DNA from: Vitrella brassicaformis CCMP3155
Taxonomy: Eukaryota > Protista > Chromerida
Length of the DNA: 64,000 nt
Assembly: GCA_001179505.1 (NCBI GenBank)
Contig: CDMY01000262.1
Location: forward strand, 62,001 to 126,000
Reading direction: 5' to 3'
The translations under genes and the position numbers were made by a program. This document shows positions 32,723-45,608 of this stretch, piece after piece; the first letter of the stretch is position 1; every line of letters begins with the position of its first letter. The notes beneath the pieces were generated by a model. That model was not told where the DNA came from. It saw nothing but the letters and a program-made list of their open reading frames with translations, and ran no database searches.

Positions 32723-35700
32723 ATGAGCCGCTGTTTCCCCTTCACCTCCTTGATAGTGACCGCCGCTAATGACGCGCAAGCATCGGCCTTCGAGCGAGAG
32801 GTGGCCTTCAGACGGGCCACCGGCAGCATCCCGCCGTCCTGCAAGACGCATGTCATCTCAGATCCCAAGGGCGCACGAATCGGTACGTAGGCGGATCAGC
32901 ACATCAAGCACAAAAAGGCCGCATCAACGATGACGTTTTCTGCTCTCATTGCAGGGTCCGGCGGTGCGACTCTGAACGCGTTAGTGCGATGTGCGCCCGG
33001 CGGTCCTCCTGCCGACGAGCTGCTGCTCATCATCCACTCAGGCGGCGACAGCCAGCGATCGCCCGTCCAGTCGGTCTGCGGCAAGGCGTTCGCCACACTC
33101 AATTGCCAGCAGCAAGGAGGGACCGGGCCGTTCCTCAGCGCGCCCTTCGACCTGCTGCTAGAGTCCCTCTGTCGCCTATTTGCCGGCGTGAAGAAGGGCG
33201 GGCTGGTGGTGTCGTGCTCGGACGTGGTCCTGGCTGTCCCACATGCGGATGAGGGCATGTGGGGCGGCAGTGGGGTGGTCGGTGTGGCAGCGGAGGTCGA
33301 CGCGAGATATGGCCCGAGGCACGGCGTGTATGTGCCGACGACCGAGGGGCGCGTGGCGCAATTCCTGCAGAAGCCGACGGAGGCCGTTATGACGAGTGAG
33401 GGCGCCTCCCTCCCTCCAGGCAAGATCGCCGTCGACACGGGGGTGGTCTACTTCGACACGACCACCACACAGAGGCTCGTCGAGATGGCCCAGTCGCCCG
33501 TGCTGGCCGGCTGCACCGAAGCGGGTCTGAAGGAGGGGCAGCCGCCCCTGAGGACAGAGCTGTATAGCGACATCATGCTGGCCCTCAGTGGCGCCTCGAC
33601 CGACCAGGAGGGCTATCTGCGGCATGACGGGGGCTCCCCGCCGGAGGCGCTGGTGCGTGCGCGAGAGATGCTGTGGAAGGAGCTGCAGACGGTGGGGTTC
33701 TCTGTGGCAATGCCTTCAGAGATGGACTTCCTGCACCTGGGAACAACGAAAGAGGTAAGTAGGAGAAAGGCTGACCCATGCACGCGCGATGCGTTTCCCC
33801 GTCCATCATCTGTCCTTCCCCATGTGTGTGTGGGTCAGCTGATGGACTTCATGTGTGGGGCCAAGGCGTCCTTCACGGCAGCCCACTCCCTCAGGCCAGT
33901 CGTGGCCTCGTACCTGCCGCCGTTCCACCCCCTCACCCGCCCCCCTCCCCTCCCCACACAGACACACCCATGGACCGTCGTCTCGAACAGCATCCTCCTC
34001 CCGGTAGACAGCAGCGGCGCATCAGATGTAGCGGGATGTCTTAGCGGTGCCGTCATCGAGCACTCGGTGCTCGAGGGCCGCTATCATGTCGGGCATCGGG
34101 CGTTTGTGAGCGGCGTGCGGTCGGGGTATCGGGACGGCCTGTGTGTGGGTGACGAGATGGTGGTGCAGGAGACGGCTGTGGGTGGGGGCATGCACGTGGT
34201 GGCCGTGTACTGCCTGGGGGATGACATCAAGAGGCCGGCTGCTGACCAGCAGGCCACTGTGTGTGGCGTGCCCTGGGAGACACTGTATGACGCTGCCCAG
34301 GTGAGTGGTCTGGAGAGGGTGAGGCTTTGTATGGCTGTCTTTGATTTCTTCTTGCGTCTGTTGCCATGTGTGTGGTCAGGTGACTGCCGATGACATCTGG
34401 CCATCGGATGTGGCCGCGTCGAAGCGAACCCTCTGGACAGCGCGGCTCTTCCCACCTTTCCCTGCCGCATCGCCTCAGGCAAGAAGGCCCCTCTCCCTCT
34501 GGCTGATGCAGCTGCGCGACAAGAGGGCAACTATCACCAGCGATGACAGGTGAGACAACTGACCTGTGTGGGTGCCTGCTTCTATCTGCTTCTGCATGTG
34601 TGTTGATCGTGTGTGCACCGTGTAGGCTGGCGGGTGTGATCCAGGAGTGGCGACGCGCGCACCGTCTGTCGCTCAAGGACATCCTGCGACAGGCCGACGC
34701 CTCACAGGAGTTCCACTGGCGCAAAAACGAGCTGCCAAGACTCATCACCGAAGCCCACAAGGTGACGTCAAACACACACAGCCACATTCTCGCGTGGCAC
34801 CCGGTCACACATCACAAATCTGTCCCGCCTCCCCCCCTCCCCCCCCTCAGGCCACATCCATATCGCTTCCAGCCATCCAGACCGACCCAGCAACAGCCGC
34901 CCTGTCCATCGCCGCTGGCCCCTCTCCCCAGCTCGACATCGTCTGCCTCGTCGCGTCCACCGATGACAAGGCCAAGGCACTCGAGGGCACTCTGCACAAG
35001 GCACAGCAGAGAGGGCGGCTTCCGGCAGGGGCGGAGATCATGACGGTGGTCGACCCGTGTGGCGGCGGCCAGTGCGGGTCGGACCGGTCGGGGAGCATTG
35101 TGCTCAACGCGCTGCTTGTCATCGCCGAAAAACTGAGCGGACGAAACGTGAGAATCCCGCGGAAAGGCAGAGGGGGAGAGAGGGAGAGAGAGAGTGGATG
35201 ATGGTCTCTCTCTCTCTCTCTGCGTGTGCTGTGGTGTGGTGTCAGAGTGCGACGTATTTGGATTTGGATGTGCTGTGTGGGCTGCGGATAGTGGTCATCT
35301 ACGTAGAGGACGGCAGCCCACTGCCCCCATTCACCACCCTACTCCCACTGGTAAGGGCCCCCGCCCACCACACACCACAGGCATTTTAAAATGACACCCG
35401 TATACCCGCCCTGCGCAGGTGTCTGGTGACCTTCAGAAGTGGCCCCTGAGCAGTCTCGATGTCACGTTGGGCTCCCTCGTCCCACTTGCTGCATCGATGA
35501 GGCCTGGTGTGTTGGCGTGTTCGGCACATACCATCGTGCAGGGCAGCATTGCGCAGCTCCACACGGCCAGCGATAGCGACGGGGAGATCGTTGTATTTGC
35601 CTCACGAAGCCGAGACGAAGAGCGGTCCGATACAGGTCAGCAGGAAGCCGAGGAAAACTTGGTCACTTATCGGCCGACCCTCTTTCTGTGCTTGCAGGCC

Positions 35701-38700
35701 TCTTGCACGTGGATGTGGCTACTCGAGACGTGGTGGGGATGGGTGGTGGTGGTGATGGTGGCGAGTCGACGAGCAGCAGCGGCAGCACCGTTGTGTTGCC
35801 CATTGGGCTAATTGATTTCGACACCAGGGCCGCACAGATGTTCCTGGCCCTCCACACCACAAGCCCGCTCGACAGATGCACATACCTGGGTGAGAAGTAC
35901 CAAGGACTCAACACACATCCACACACACACACACACACACGTGTGGGCTTCCCAATATATCTGTGTGCAGGTGTCGACACCGGCAGCACCAGCCCCCTCC
36001 CCTTGTCGCTCACCACCCACCTGCTGCCATCCCTCATCCAGCCCCCCCTCCACAAGCAGGAGGGGCCCTCTCTGCCCCTCCCTCTCCCGAGCTCCTCTCC
36101 ACCCCATTCGTCCACCGAGTCGTCGCCCCACCTGCGGGCAGCCACGGGAGGCGGCACATCTTTCACTGGTCAGGGCAGCGGCAGCGACGTCGAGCTGGAG
36201 GGCGACATGGGACAGATGAAACCACCTTGTAGACGCACACCACAGCCCCAACAGCTGCATATGGGCACTGGTGGCCAGGCAGTGGCGGCCGACGAGGAGA
36301 GGATGGTCGAGGTCATGCGGAGAGAGCTGGGGGGCAAGATAGCTGTCAGGGCCGCTATTGTGGAGTTGACGGGGCAGGGGCCGAGGGATAGCGACAGAGG
36401 GCAGATTAGGTGAAAAGGGGGAAAAAGGCGCGAACCGCCCCGAACCGCCGACGGATGGGATGGATGTTTGTCTCTGCAGGCCATGTGTAGCGCTCCGCAC
36501 GGTGCCCGAGTACGTCAAGTATGTGAATAGCGACCTGGTCCACTCAACGCCGCCAGCTACGCGCCGGAGCGATGCCGCCCACTCACACGTCGCCCACACG
36601 GTAAGCGGCAATCCGCTGTGGGTCGCCTTACCACATCACGTTCACATACATCTGTCTGGTCGGTCCATCCATCCATCCATCCAGGTGTCAGTGGTGACCC
36701 CCTGGTCGACGTCCCTCCAGTCGCCGCCCACCAAGCCGCTGCTCGTCAACTCCTGCCTGCAGGGGAAGGGATTCCTCCACCCCTCGTGTGTGGCCGTCAA
36801 CTGCCGTCTCGATGGCGAGTTCAGCCTCGGCGAGGGGGCAGTGTGCGTCGGTGTGCGGTCTGTCAAGGGCATCAGCGTGGCAGGTGGGAGGGAGGGAGGG
36901 GTATGGGTGCGTTGCGTTGCGTTGCGGTGTTCGTCTTGGATGGCCGGTGTGGTTTTCGTCGCTGCCCTTCCACAAATTCGCCGCCATATGCATGTGCTTC
37001 CTTCGTGTTGGTCCCGTCTTGTCTTGCGTGACACACGAATGACATACATAGGCGGGACTGATGATCCGGACGCTATACACATACACTTCATCGTTTCTTT
37101 CTTTCTTTCTTTCTTTGTCGTCTCTCTCTCTCTCTCTGTGTCTGTGGTGACTGCAGCTAATGTGGTGGTGCAAGAGATTGAGATGCGGACGGGTGCGGAC
37201 GGTGGTAGCCCTCGCTCCCCTGTGGTCGTCTTCTACGGCATCCAGGACGACTTGCGAGCGGCCTTCCGAGACCCGTCGGCCACCTTCAGGAACCGCCCGT
37301 GGAGCGACCTCTTCACGTCGACCGCCATCACCCCAACAGACCTCTGGCCGCCCCCCCACGACGACACGCAACAGCAGCAATGCACCCTGGCCAACGCCAA
37401 GCTCTTCCCCATCCACGCGCCGTCCCTCTCCCCGCCCCTCTGGCTGATGCAGATGCACGGGCCACCAGCAGCGGGAGCGGGCAGGGCCCAGATGATGAGT
37501 GCTGAGCTGCTGTATGCGGTGGACGAGTGGCGGCGGGCCAAGCGGGTCTCACTGGAGGAGGCCGTGATGGCGATGGACGTGTGTGCGGAGATGCGCAAGG
37601 TGGATGACGTTGGGTGGGAGGTTGATAGGCACCGGATGGAGGCCGTGCTGACCGGGCGGATGGACGACGACCTCACCGAAGTCTACACGGCTTGTGCGGC
37701 GGACGGGCGAAAGGGGGTGAGACAAATGAGGCAGGGCAGCCATTCGACCATGCCATGTACTCCCTCTCTGTCTGTGTGGATATGTGTGTCAGGTGTTCGC
37801 CGCCCTCGACTCCATCATGACTGCATCTGTGTCTGAGCTGGACGTCCTCTGCCGAGCCCTCATACACACCTCTGAAGCACTAGCAGCCTTCGCCACACAA
37901 GAGGTACCTGCCTGCACCCACACACACCTTGCTCGCTCCACCCAGCCAAACCCATCTGTGGGAATGGGGGTGTCTTCATTCACAGGGTGGAGTCCGCAGC
38001 GGCCCAGCCCACCATCCTGAGTGGGCCGAGGCGATGGCCGGTCTCAGAGACGTCAACCAGGTCGATGCCGTGCGACGGAGCCTACGGGACATGGCGGCCG
38101 TGAGGGACCGTTGGATGCATACAGTATGCCAGCCAGCAGCCGATGAAAGACCAGACCACCAGACCACACGAGACCAGACCAGACCACACGACATGACGGA
38201 CATCGGCCAGACCATGTGTGTGTCGGTCTGCAGGGTCGTCCGGACCTGTTGATTCGATCCGCCCGGCACTATGAGAGCGCGGCCTTTCTCGTCATCCAGC
38301 AGGCAGTGGCCACGTGCAACCGGTTCGTGCACTTCTCCCTCTCGCCCACAGCCCGCCTGCCACTCCATGTGTGGGCGCAAGCAGTCGCACCGGCACGGCT
38401 CGACCTGGGCGGAGGATGGAGGTACGAAACTCTCAGGAAGTCAAGCCATCTGCTGCTCATGTGAACTCTGTGCTGTGGTGGTTTTGTTTTGTTGTGTGTT
38501 TGTTGCAGTGACACGCCGCCCATGAGCTACGAGTATGGCGGCAAGGTGACGACAGTGGCCATCAAAGTCGACGGCGAGAAGCCCATCGGCGCCCGTGCGT
38601 GTCGCACTGAGCAGTTGGAGGTGGTCTTGGCGCCTCAGTCAGGCGGGCGAGATACGGCGGACAAGGCCGTGTGCCTGTGTCGGAGCCTGGAGGACCTGTG

Positions 38701-40051
38701 CGACTACAACAAACCCGGCGCCCCGTGCGCACTGCTCAAGGTGGGTGGGGGGATGGGAGAGAGAGAGAGAGAGAGTAATCCTTTCAATCATCACACTCGT
38801 GATTCAGGCCGCCCTTGTGTGCTGCCGCATCATCGACCCACACGACAGTAGCCGCTCTCTCCAGCAACAGCTCCAAGACACAGTGGGCGGCGGCCTCCGC
38901 ATCGAGTCGTGGGCCCACCTGCCCGTCGGCTCGGGCCTGGGCACGTCCAGCATCCTAGCGGGTGTGGTGCTGGCTGCTGTCGGCGTAGCGTGCGGCCGGC
39001 CATATAGCGACACAAGCAGCGTGTGTCACGCTGTCCTGATGGTGGAGCAGATGATGACCACTGGAGGCGGGTGGCAGGACCAGGTGAGTGGGACTGACTG
39101 ACGGGAGTGGGGGAGGGGAGGGAGGGGCATTGCATCCCATCTCTTCGCCCCAATGTGTTTTGTGTGTGCAGGTTGGTGGGCTGAATGGCGGCGCAAGGCT
39201 GGGTCAGTCGGGGAAAGGGCTGCCCCTGAGAGTGGAAGCGACGGCCATCCCTCTCGAGCCAGCCGTGGTAGATCGCCTCAACAGACACCTGCTGCTCATT
39301 TACACGGGTGCTGCACCCACAGAGCCATGCAGACAGACCAGACCCCATTGCACCGCACCTGACCTTGCAGTGCATCATGATGATATGTCTGTGCTGTGCA
39401 GGTCGATCGCGGCTGGCCAAGTGCATTCTGCAGCAGGTGGTGAGGCGGTGGTCCTTGAGAGGCCGACCCACACTCACAGGTGGGTGACGTGAGTGACAGC
39501 GAACCATCCATGGAGGGCATGTGGCCATGTGCGCGCCTCTCTCTCGTGCTGTCCATGCAATGCCGTCACATACATCAGACATGGAGAGCAACCACCAGTA
39601 CGCCACCACTGCCGCCGAGGCCCTGAGGAAAGGCGACCTGCAGGCCCTCGGTGGCGTCATGTGCGCCTATTGGGAGCTGAAGCGCCGCATGGCCGTCGAT
39701 GCCGAGCCACCCATCGTGACGCTCCTCAACGACACCATGCGGCCTCACTCTCACGGCATGACGCTCGCCGGTGCGGGGGGCGGGGGCTTCTGGGTCGGCG
39801 TCACCAAACAAGACAAGCAGACCACTCTTGAGGCGGTCAGCCAGCAGCTGGGCCTCTCAGGTGCGCATGAGGGTGCGGCCGATGGTGTGTCGTTGGCGAA
39901 GAGAGGCAGTGCTGAGGACATGGGGGAGCAGCTGGTGCTGCCCGGGGGGGAGACGGTGTTCGTCAGAGATGTGGAGGTGGACACCGAGGGCATGGTGATC
40001 ACTGTCGAGGGGCGGAGGGACAAGGGGAGCGCGGCTGGCTGTGTAGCTTGA
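32723..40051 (+). CDS. FCSK: Fucose-salvage fusion enzyme: fucose-1-phosphate guanylyltransferase (FPGT-like) + full fucokinase (FCSK-like) with GHMP kinase domain
   Basis: Module 1: LIVTAA..DPKGARIGSGGATL..IHSGGDSQR..GKAF. Module 2: VLNALLVIAEKLSGRN..DVL..LRIVVIY..PGVLACS. Kinase: APARLDLGGGWSDTPP, LPVGSGLGTSSIL, EQMMTTGGGWQDQ, LAGAGGGGF. Confidence 0.88.
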
Positions 40052-40753
40052 CATACATAGAACAGACATTGATAGATCTGCGAGGGAACTGTGCAAAGGC
40101 TGGTTAGTCTAGTCCAATTCGCCGCTGTGTTTAGGACTTCGTGTAGTAGGTCAGAGCTCACAATGAATCTTTGTGGTCAACGCCATTTTGTGCAGTGGTC
40201 CTGTTGATCTTTGCGGGGGGTAGGGGTCGCACATCGCCCTGCCCTCCGCATCAGACCATCCAACCGAGAAAGTGCAGACCTCTGCTTCGGTGTGCCCTCT
40301 GTACGGTGTGCCAACGGTCAAACGATTTTTCTTAGCTCGCAGCAAAACGAGCCGGAAAGGACTGATCTGTGAGCCCAACAGAAGGCAGCCGACCGACGAC
40401 CGAAGCACAAAAGGCGTGGGCACCTTCGCAAAAGCGTTCCCTCGCGCCGCCGTGAAACGGTGCAGCTCGCGGATCTCTCCTCGCGAAAAAAAAAACAGAG
40501 AGTGAGAAGACAGAGCGGAGCGGCACGGCTGTCGTGACCCCCCGCCACACAGCGCACCACAGCAGCCGCCATCCACCACACAGCACAGCAGCTTCAGTCC
40601 ATCTGCAGCCCGTTCTCCTCTCTCAAGACTGCTTGTGTCAGCCAGAGATCGATACCCTTTGTCAGCGAGAGAGCCTGCTGCTGTGCTGCTGAGTCCCTCC
40701 CTTCTCATCACAGCTGTCTTCGCGTGAGCCGCTGACTCGGACGAACGGCAGAC

Positions 40754-43700
40754 ATGTCAAGTGTGCAGCACCCTGGCCTCTACTTCTTCGGACTGGTGAG
40801 CCAAGAGAGACACTCAGAGAGATACGTACGTGGAGAGCTGCAGACAGACGTTCTGTTGTCTGGTGGTGTGTTGTGTGTTGGCCCTTCCTCGTTTTCTTTG
40901 CAGGCGCTGTTTGCGTCGATATGGTTGCTGATGGCCCTCATCGGCGGCCAGTGGTCATGCATTATGGAGGGCAAGTGCGGGGCGTCCCCCGGGATGAGCC
41001 AGGCAAAGGCCGTGCCAGTGATCACCACACCGACCATCCCAGATGACCGCAACTCGACGGCCACGGCCCAAGTGCAGTCGGCCCTCGATGACGCCAAGGA
41101 CTTCTTCGCCATCGTGCAGATCTTGTGGATCGTTTCGCTGGCGCCGTTCGTTGTCTTTCTGCTGCTGGGGATGATTAACCCGCGGGGCTTCGAGTGGCGG
41201 CGAAAGGCCAAGACCTTGGCCAATGAGGACAGCGAGGCGCGGCGAGTGCATCTGCAAAGCGATGGGACCAAGATCAGCTACCGAGTGGTGACTAGAGGCA
41301 CCAATCCATCGCTTGTGGCCGATGTGGCCAAGCGGAACATCCCGCTGCTGAGAGAAAAGGCCACGATGCCCTTCATCTACGAGGTCGCCACCGACAGGTG
41401 AGGTGCGCTCACACACAGAGAGAGGAGGCAGGCCAGCCACAGAGAGAGAGCCAATGCACTGCCATGGGGGCGTCAGTCACCTGTCTGTCGGTGTCCTATT
41501 ATTACTTCAGGCCTCTGAATTTGGCCTGCCATTTGTCTGAGTTGGGTATCGGTGCGGGGGGCCACGACGCCGAGGGCGGCCTGGCGGTCAATGAGATCGT
41601 GGTGCCCGACTCGTATAAGCCCCCAGGCGGCGCTGTGTGGAAGGCGCGGGCCCTCAACTTCGCCAATGAGCCCAACCTCTGACGGTGAGAGAGTCAGTGA
41701 GGATTGCCGGGACGCCATGGCCTCTCACTCATTGCTGTGCTGTGCTGTGCTGTGGTGCTGTGTGTTCAGGAAGGGGACATTGTGGTGCATTTGGACGAGG
41801 AGACCCTCCTGACGCACAGCTGTGTGGCGGGCATCGAAGAGTTCGTCAGGGCCGATGCGTCGCGAGTGGGCAGCGGCACCATTGCCTACGGGCAGGACGT
41901 CATCGTCAACCCATGGCTGACCATGGCCGACAGCCTCCGAGTCACCGACGACTACTGCAAAATGCGACTCTTCTTCTCCTCCTTCAAACCCCTCATCGGC
42001 ATGAAAGGTGACAGCAGAGCAGACACACACACGGCTTCTCAGCTGACTGACCCCCTGCCCTGCACACCACACACACGGATCTGTCTGTCTGTCTGCTTTT
42101 TGGTCCACAGGCTCGTTTGTGGTCTGCCCCGTGGCCGTCGAGCGGCGCGTGACGTGGGACCACGGCCGCGACGGGTCGATCACCGAGGACACGACCTTTG
42201 CCCTCAAGGCGGTGGGCGAGGGCGTGCGGTTCGGGTGGGTCAAGGGCGTCATGCGGGAGAAGAGCCCCTTCGGCATCGTTGACTTCATGAAGCAGCGGCG
42301 GCGGTGGTTCCAGGGGCTCTGGCGGGACGCCGTCAAGAAGGAGCTCAAGCTGCACACACGACTGAGTAAGCACAGCACACAGACAAGGATGAAGAGAGAG
42401 AGAGAGCTCATTCCTCTCTCTCTGTGTTTGGTTCGTTCAGTGTTNNNNNNNNNNNNNNNNNNNNNNNNNNNNNNNNNNNNNNNNNNNNNNNNNNNNNNNN
42501 NNNNNNNNNNNNNNNNNNNNNNNNNNNNNNNNNNNNNNNNNNNNNNNNNNNNNNNNNNNNNNNNNNNNNNNNNNNNNNNNNNNNNNNNNNNNNNNNNNNN
42601 NNNNNNNNNNNNNNNNNNNNNNNNNNNNNNNNNNNNNNNNNNNNNNNNNNNNNNNNNNNNNNNNNNNNNNNNNNNNNNNNNNNNNNNNNNNNNNNNNNNN
42701 NNNNNNNNNNNNNNNNNNNNNNNNNNNNNNNNNNNNNNNNNNNNACGGTGAGAGAGTCAGTGAGGATTGCCGGGACGCCATGGCCTCTCACTCATTGCTG
42801 TGCTGTGCTGTGCTGTGGTGCTGTGTGTTCAGGAAGGGGACATTGTGGTGCATTTGGACGAGGAGACCCTCCTGACGCACAGCTGTGTGGCGGGCATCGA
42901 AGAGTTCGTCAGGGCCGATGCGTCGCGAGTGGGCAGCGGCACCATTGCCTACGGGCAGGACGTCATCGTCAACCCATGGCTGACCATGGCCGACAGCCTC
43001 CGAGTCACCGACGACTACTGCAAAATGCGACTCTTCTTCTCCTCCTTCAAACCCCTCATCGGCATGAAAGGTGACAGCAGAGCAGACACACACACGGCTT
43101 CTCAGCTGACTGACCCCCTGCCCTGCACACCACACACACGGATCTGTCTGTCTGTCTGCTTTTTGGTCCACAGGCTCGTTTGTGGTCTGCCCCGTGGCCG
43201 TCGAGCGGCGCGTGACGTGGGACCACGGCCGCGACGGGTCGATCACCGAGGACACGACCTTTGCCCTCAAGGCGGTGGGCGAGGGCGTGCGGTTCGGGTG
43301 GGTCAAGGGCGTCATGCGGGAGAAGAGCCCCTTCGGCATCGTTGACTTCATGAAGCAGCGGCGGCGGTGGTTCCAGGGGCTCTGGCGGGACGCCGTCAAG
43401 AAGGAGCTCAAGCTGCACACACGACTGAGTAAGCACAGCACACAGACACACAGACAAAGATAAGGAGGAAAGAGCTCATTCCTCTCTCTCTGTGTTTGGT
43501 TCGTTCAGTGTTGGGTTACTGTCTGGCGATGTGGTCGTTCATTCCGCTGTGGAATCTGCTGATGCTGCTCGAGCTCACCTGCGAGCATGGGCTGGGCCAC
43601 CCCATCCCCTACCCCGCGACGCCCCTCCTCATGGCCATCAAGACCACCTGGATGGTCAGCCCAGCCAGCACACACACACAAGTGCTCAGGCAGGCCGTGT

Positions 43701-44301
43701 GTGGTGTGGATTTGCCGGTGTGGTGCCTTGATTGGTTTAATTACTTGTGCAGACGGCCTTTGTGTGGGGCTACCTGTTCGGTGCCATGATGAACTTCTCG
43801 CCTGCGCAGCCCTTCTCGTACCTGCTGTACGTCGCTGCCACAGTGCCGCTGATGCCCTTGTGGGCCGTGTGTGAGGGCCTGGCGGTGCTCTACGCCATGC
43901 TGACCAAGACGGCCGGCTTCCACATCGTGCAAAAGGAGCACCCCGGGATCGCCGCTGTCGCCCAGCCCGCCGACCACCCCAGCACGTCGATGTGCGTCAA
44001 GAGGGACTCTGTGGGCGGCAGCGAGACGGCCGCCCTCATCCCCAAGACCACCAGTGCCCAGCAGTGCCTGCCAGTGGCCCGTCATTGCCTTGCGGTGCCA
44101 GTGGCCCGTCTGAGCCCCGAGCAGCGGAGCGACACGTCCCCCGTCCTCAGCAGTGTGTCGTCCGACCCCATCGGCCGCCGCAGAGCTGAGAGCTTCGACC
44201 TCGACGCGCTCATCGACACGACGTCATGCTCGAGCGACAACAATGATGCAGAGGGCGACGGGGAGGGGTCGACCAGCAACGGGGAGGGCAGCGATAAGTA
44301 A
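40754..44301 (+). CDS. egh: GT2 family glycosyltransferase, egghead/BRE-3-like (beta-1,4-mannosyltransferase-like)
   Basis: YRVVTRG, EVATD, VVPDSY....KARAL, VHLDEET, G.IAYG, LTMADSLRVTDD, GSFVVC..VE..VTWD.G..GSITED..FAL, EKSPF..DFMKQRRRWFQG, C-terminal TM helices, GFHIVQK. Confidence 0.85.
41682..43512 (+). repeat. Tandem duplicate of two egh exons on either side of an N gap (41682-42444 and 42745-43512)
   Basis: The copies look identical by eye in exons and first introns. They differ only in the last intron (aggatgaagagagagag vs acagacaaagataaggaggaa). Probably an assembly overlap or a misplaced paralog. Confidence 0.9.
42445..42744. other. Assembly gap (300 N)
   Basis: Run of N. Confidence 0.99.
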
Positions 44302-45608
44302 GGAAATGAGAGAGACTGAGGCCGGCTGGCTGAGTGGGTGTGTGTGTCTGCTGGCAGCTGGGCCATGTGTCAGTCAGTGTATAGCTGTGCGTTTGTGTGA
44401 AGGGGCGAGGGCGAGGGGGGAGAGAGGGAGACAGCTTAGGCAGCCTGGCCGTGGGGCAAGATGTAGCAGAGGGGGGCGGTGCGGTGACTGCGGCGCAGGC
44501 GAGTCGGCCGACAGGTTTTGTGTTCATCCCATCCACGTGTTGGTTTGTCGCCTGCCGGCCCTTTTTGCCACGATCAGTCTTTTTGTTTGGGGGGTGCGTG
44601 TGTGTGTGTGTGTGTGACGTTGTGGACGGAATGCCGGCGGCCAGTCGTGTTGAGCCTTCCCTGACCGACTTTGTCCATACCGACCGACTGACTTACCGAG
44701 TTAGCTGGCTGCCGTCCTGCCGTTCACTCACTCCCCGTTCGCCTGGCCTGCCCTTCTCTCTCTGTCTGGCCGGCTGTGCATACAAACATCTACTGGCAAT
44801 GACCCCCCCCCCTCCGTCTGTCTGTCTGTTTGTCTATAACTCACGCGAGAGCCAACCGATTCTTTGTCAACCGATACAAAGGGTACACGGTGTTTTTCTG
44901 CGAGTGCGTGTGTGTCGATACGGACGTGTGAGCTGGTCGGTGGAAATGCCCTCCCCTGCCTGCTGTATGCCTGTACCATGATGGTGTACCTGTACACGTC
45001 TGTCTGTCTGTCTGTGGGGAGCGGTATTTGTCAGTGCATCAGAGAATGCACTTGTGCCTTTCTACAGCTCCTGCTTGGCTTGGCGCTTTCGAGCTTTTTT
45101 TTGACTCATTCATCGACACTTGACGTCCATGCTTGCGAATAACGCGCAGATGCATGACATGAAGTCACGAGTCAAGTGTGCACCCCGGTCAGAGCGACAA
45201 ACCGCATCATCCATCCAGAGTGCACAAACCATTCTGTCTGCATTCGACAGACGCGAAGGCACAATTTGTTGCTATCCACAGTGAGCCTATCACCCAGCAC
45301 AGTACCGGATTGCACACACAAGGAGCGTAGTCAGCTAAACGAGTCGATATCTGCTCTGCAAGCTGGCCGACAGCGCCCCCAGCTTGAGCGTCGGCAGCGA
45401 TGCGACGTGACTCATCCCCGCCCCCGCCCCTTCTGCTGCGTGTTCTCTCTCCATCCTAACCTCCTCTCTCGGCGGAAATGTCTCCTCTGGTGCGTGAGAC
45501 GGGCGGGGCAGCCCATAACGCACCGGGCTGCACACATAAACGCCACGTATGAAGGCGAAGACAGGCATGTTGCAATCCGTATCGCTTTCTCCGTGTCCGT
45601 CGGTATTC

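Larger units (their letters stand above)
40195..44900 (+). repeat. Left arm of a large inverted duplication (egh-like gene with 5' and 3' flanks)
   Basis: 40195-40930 is the reverse complement (with scattered substitutions/indels) of 54603-55350. 44260-44900 is the reverse complement of 53635-54302. Confidence 0.9.
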
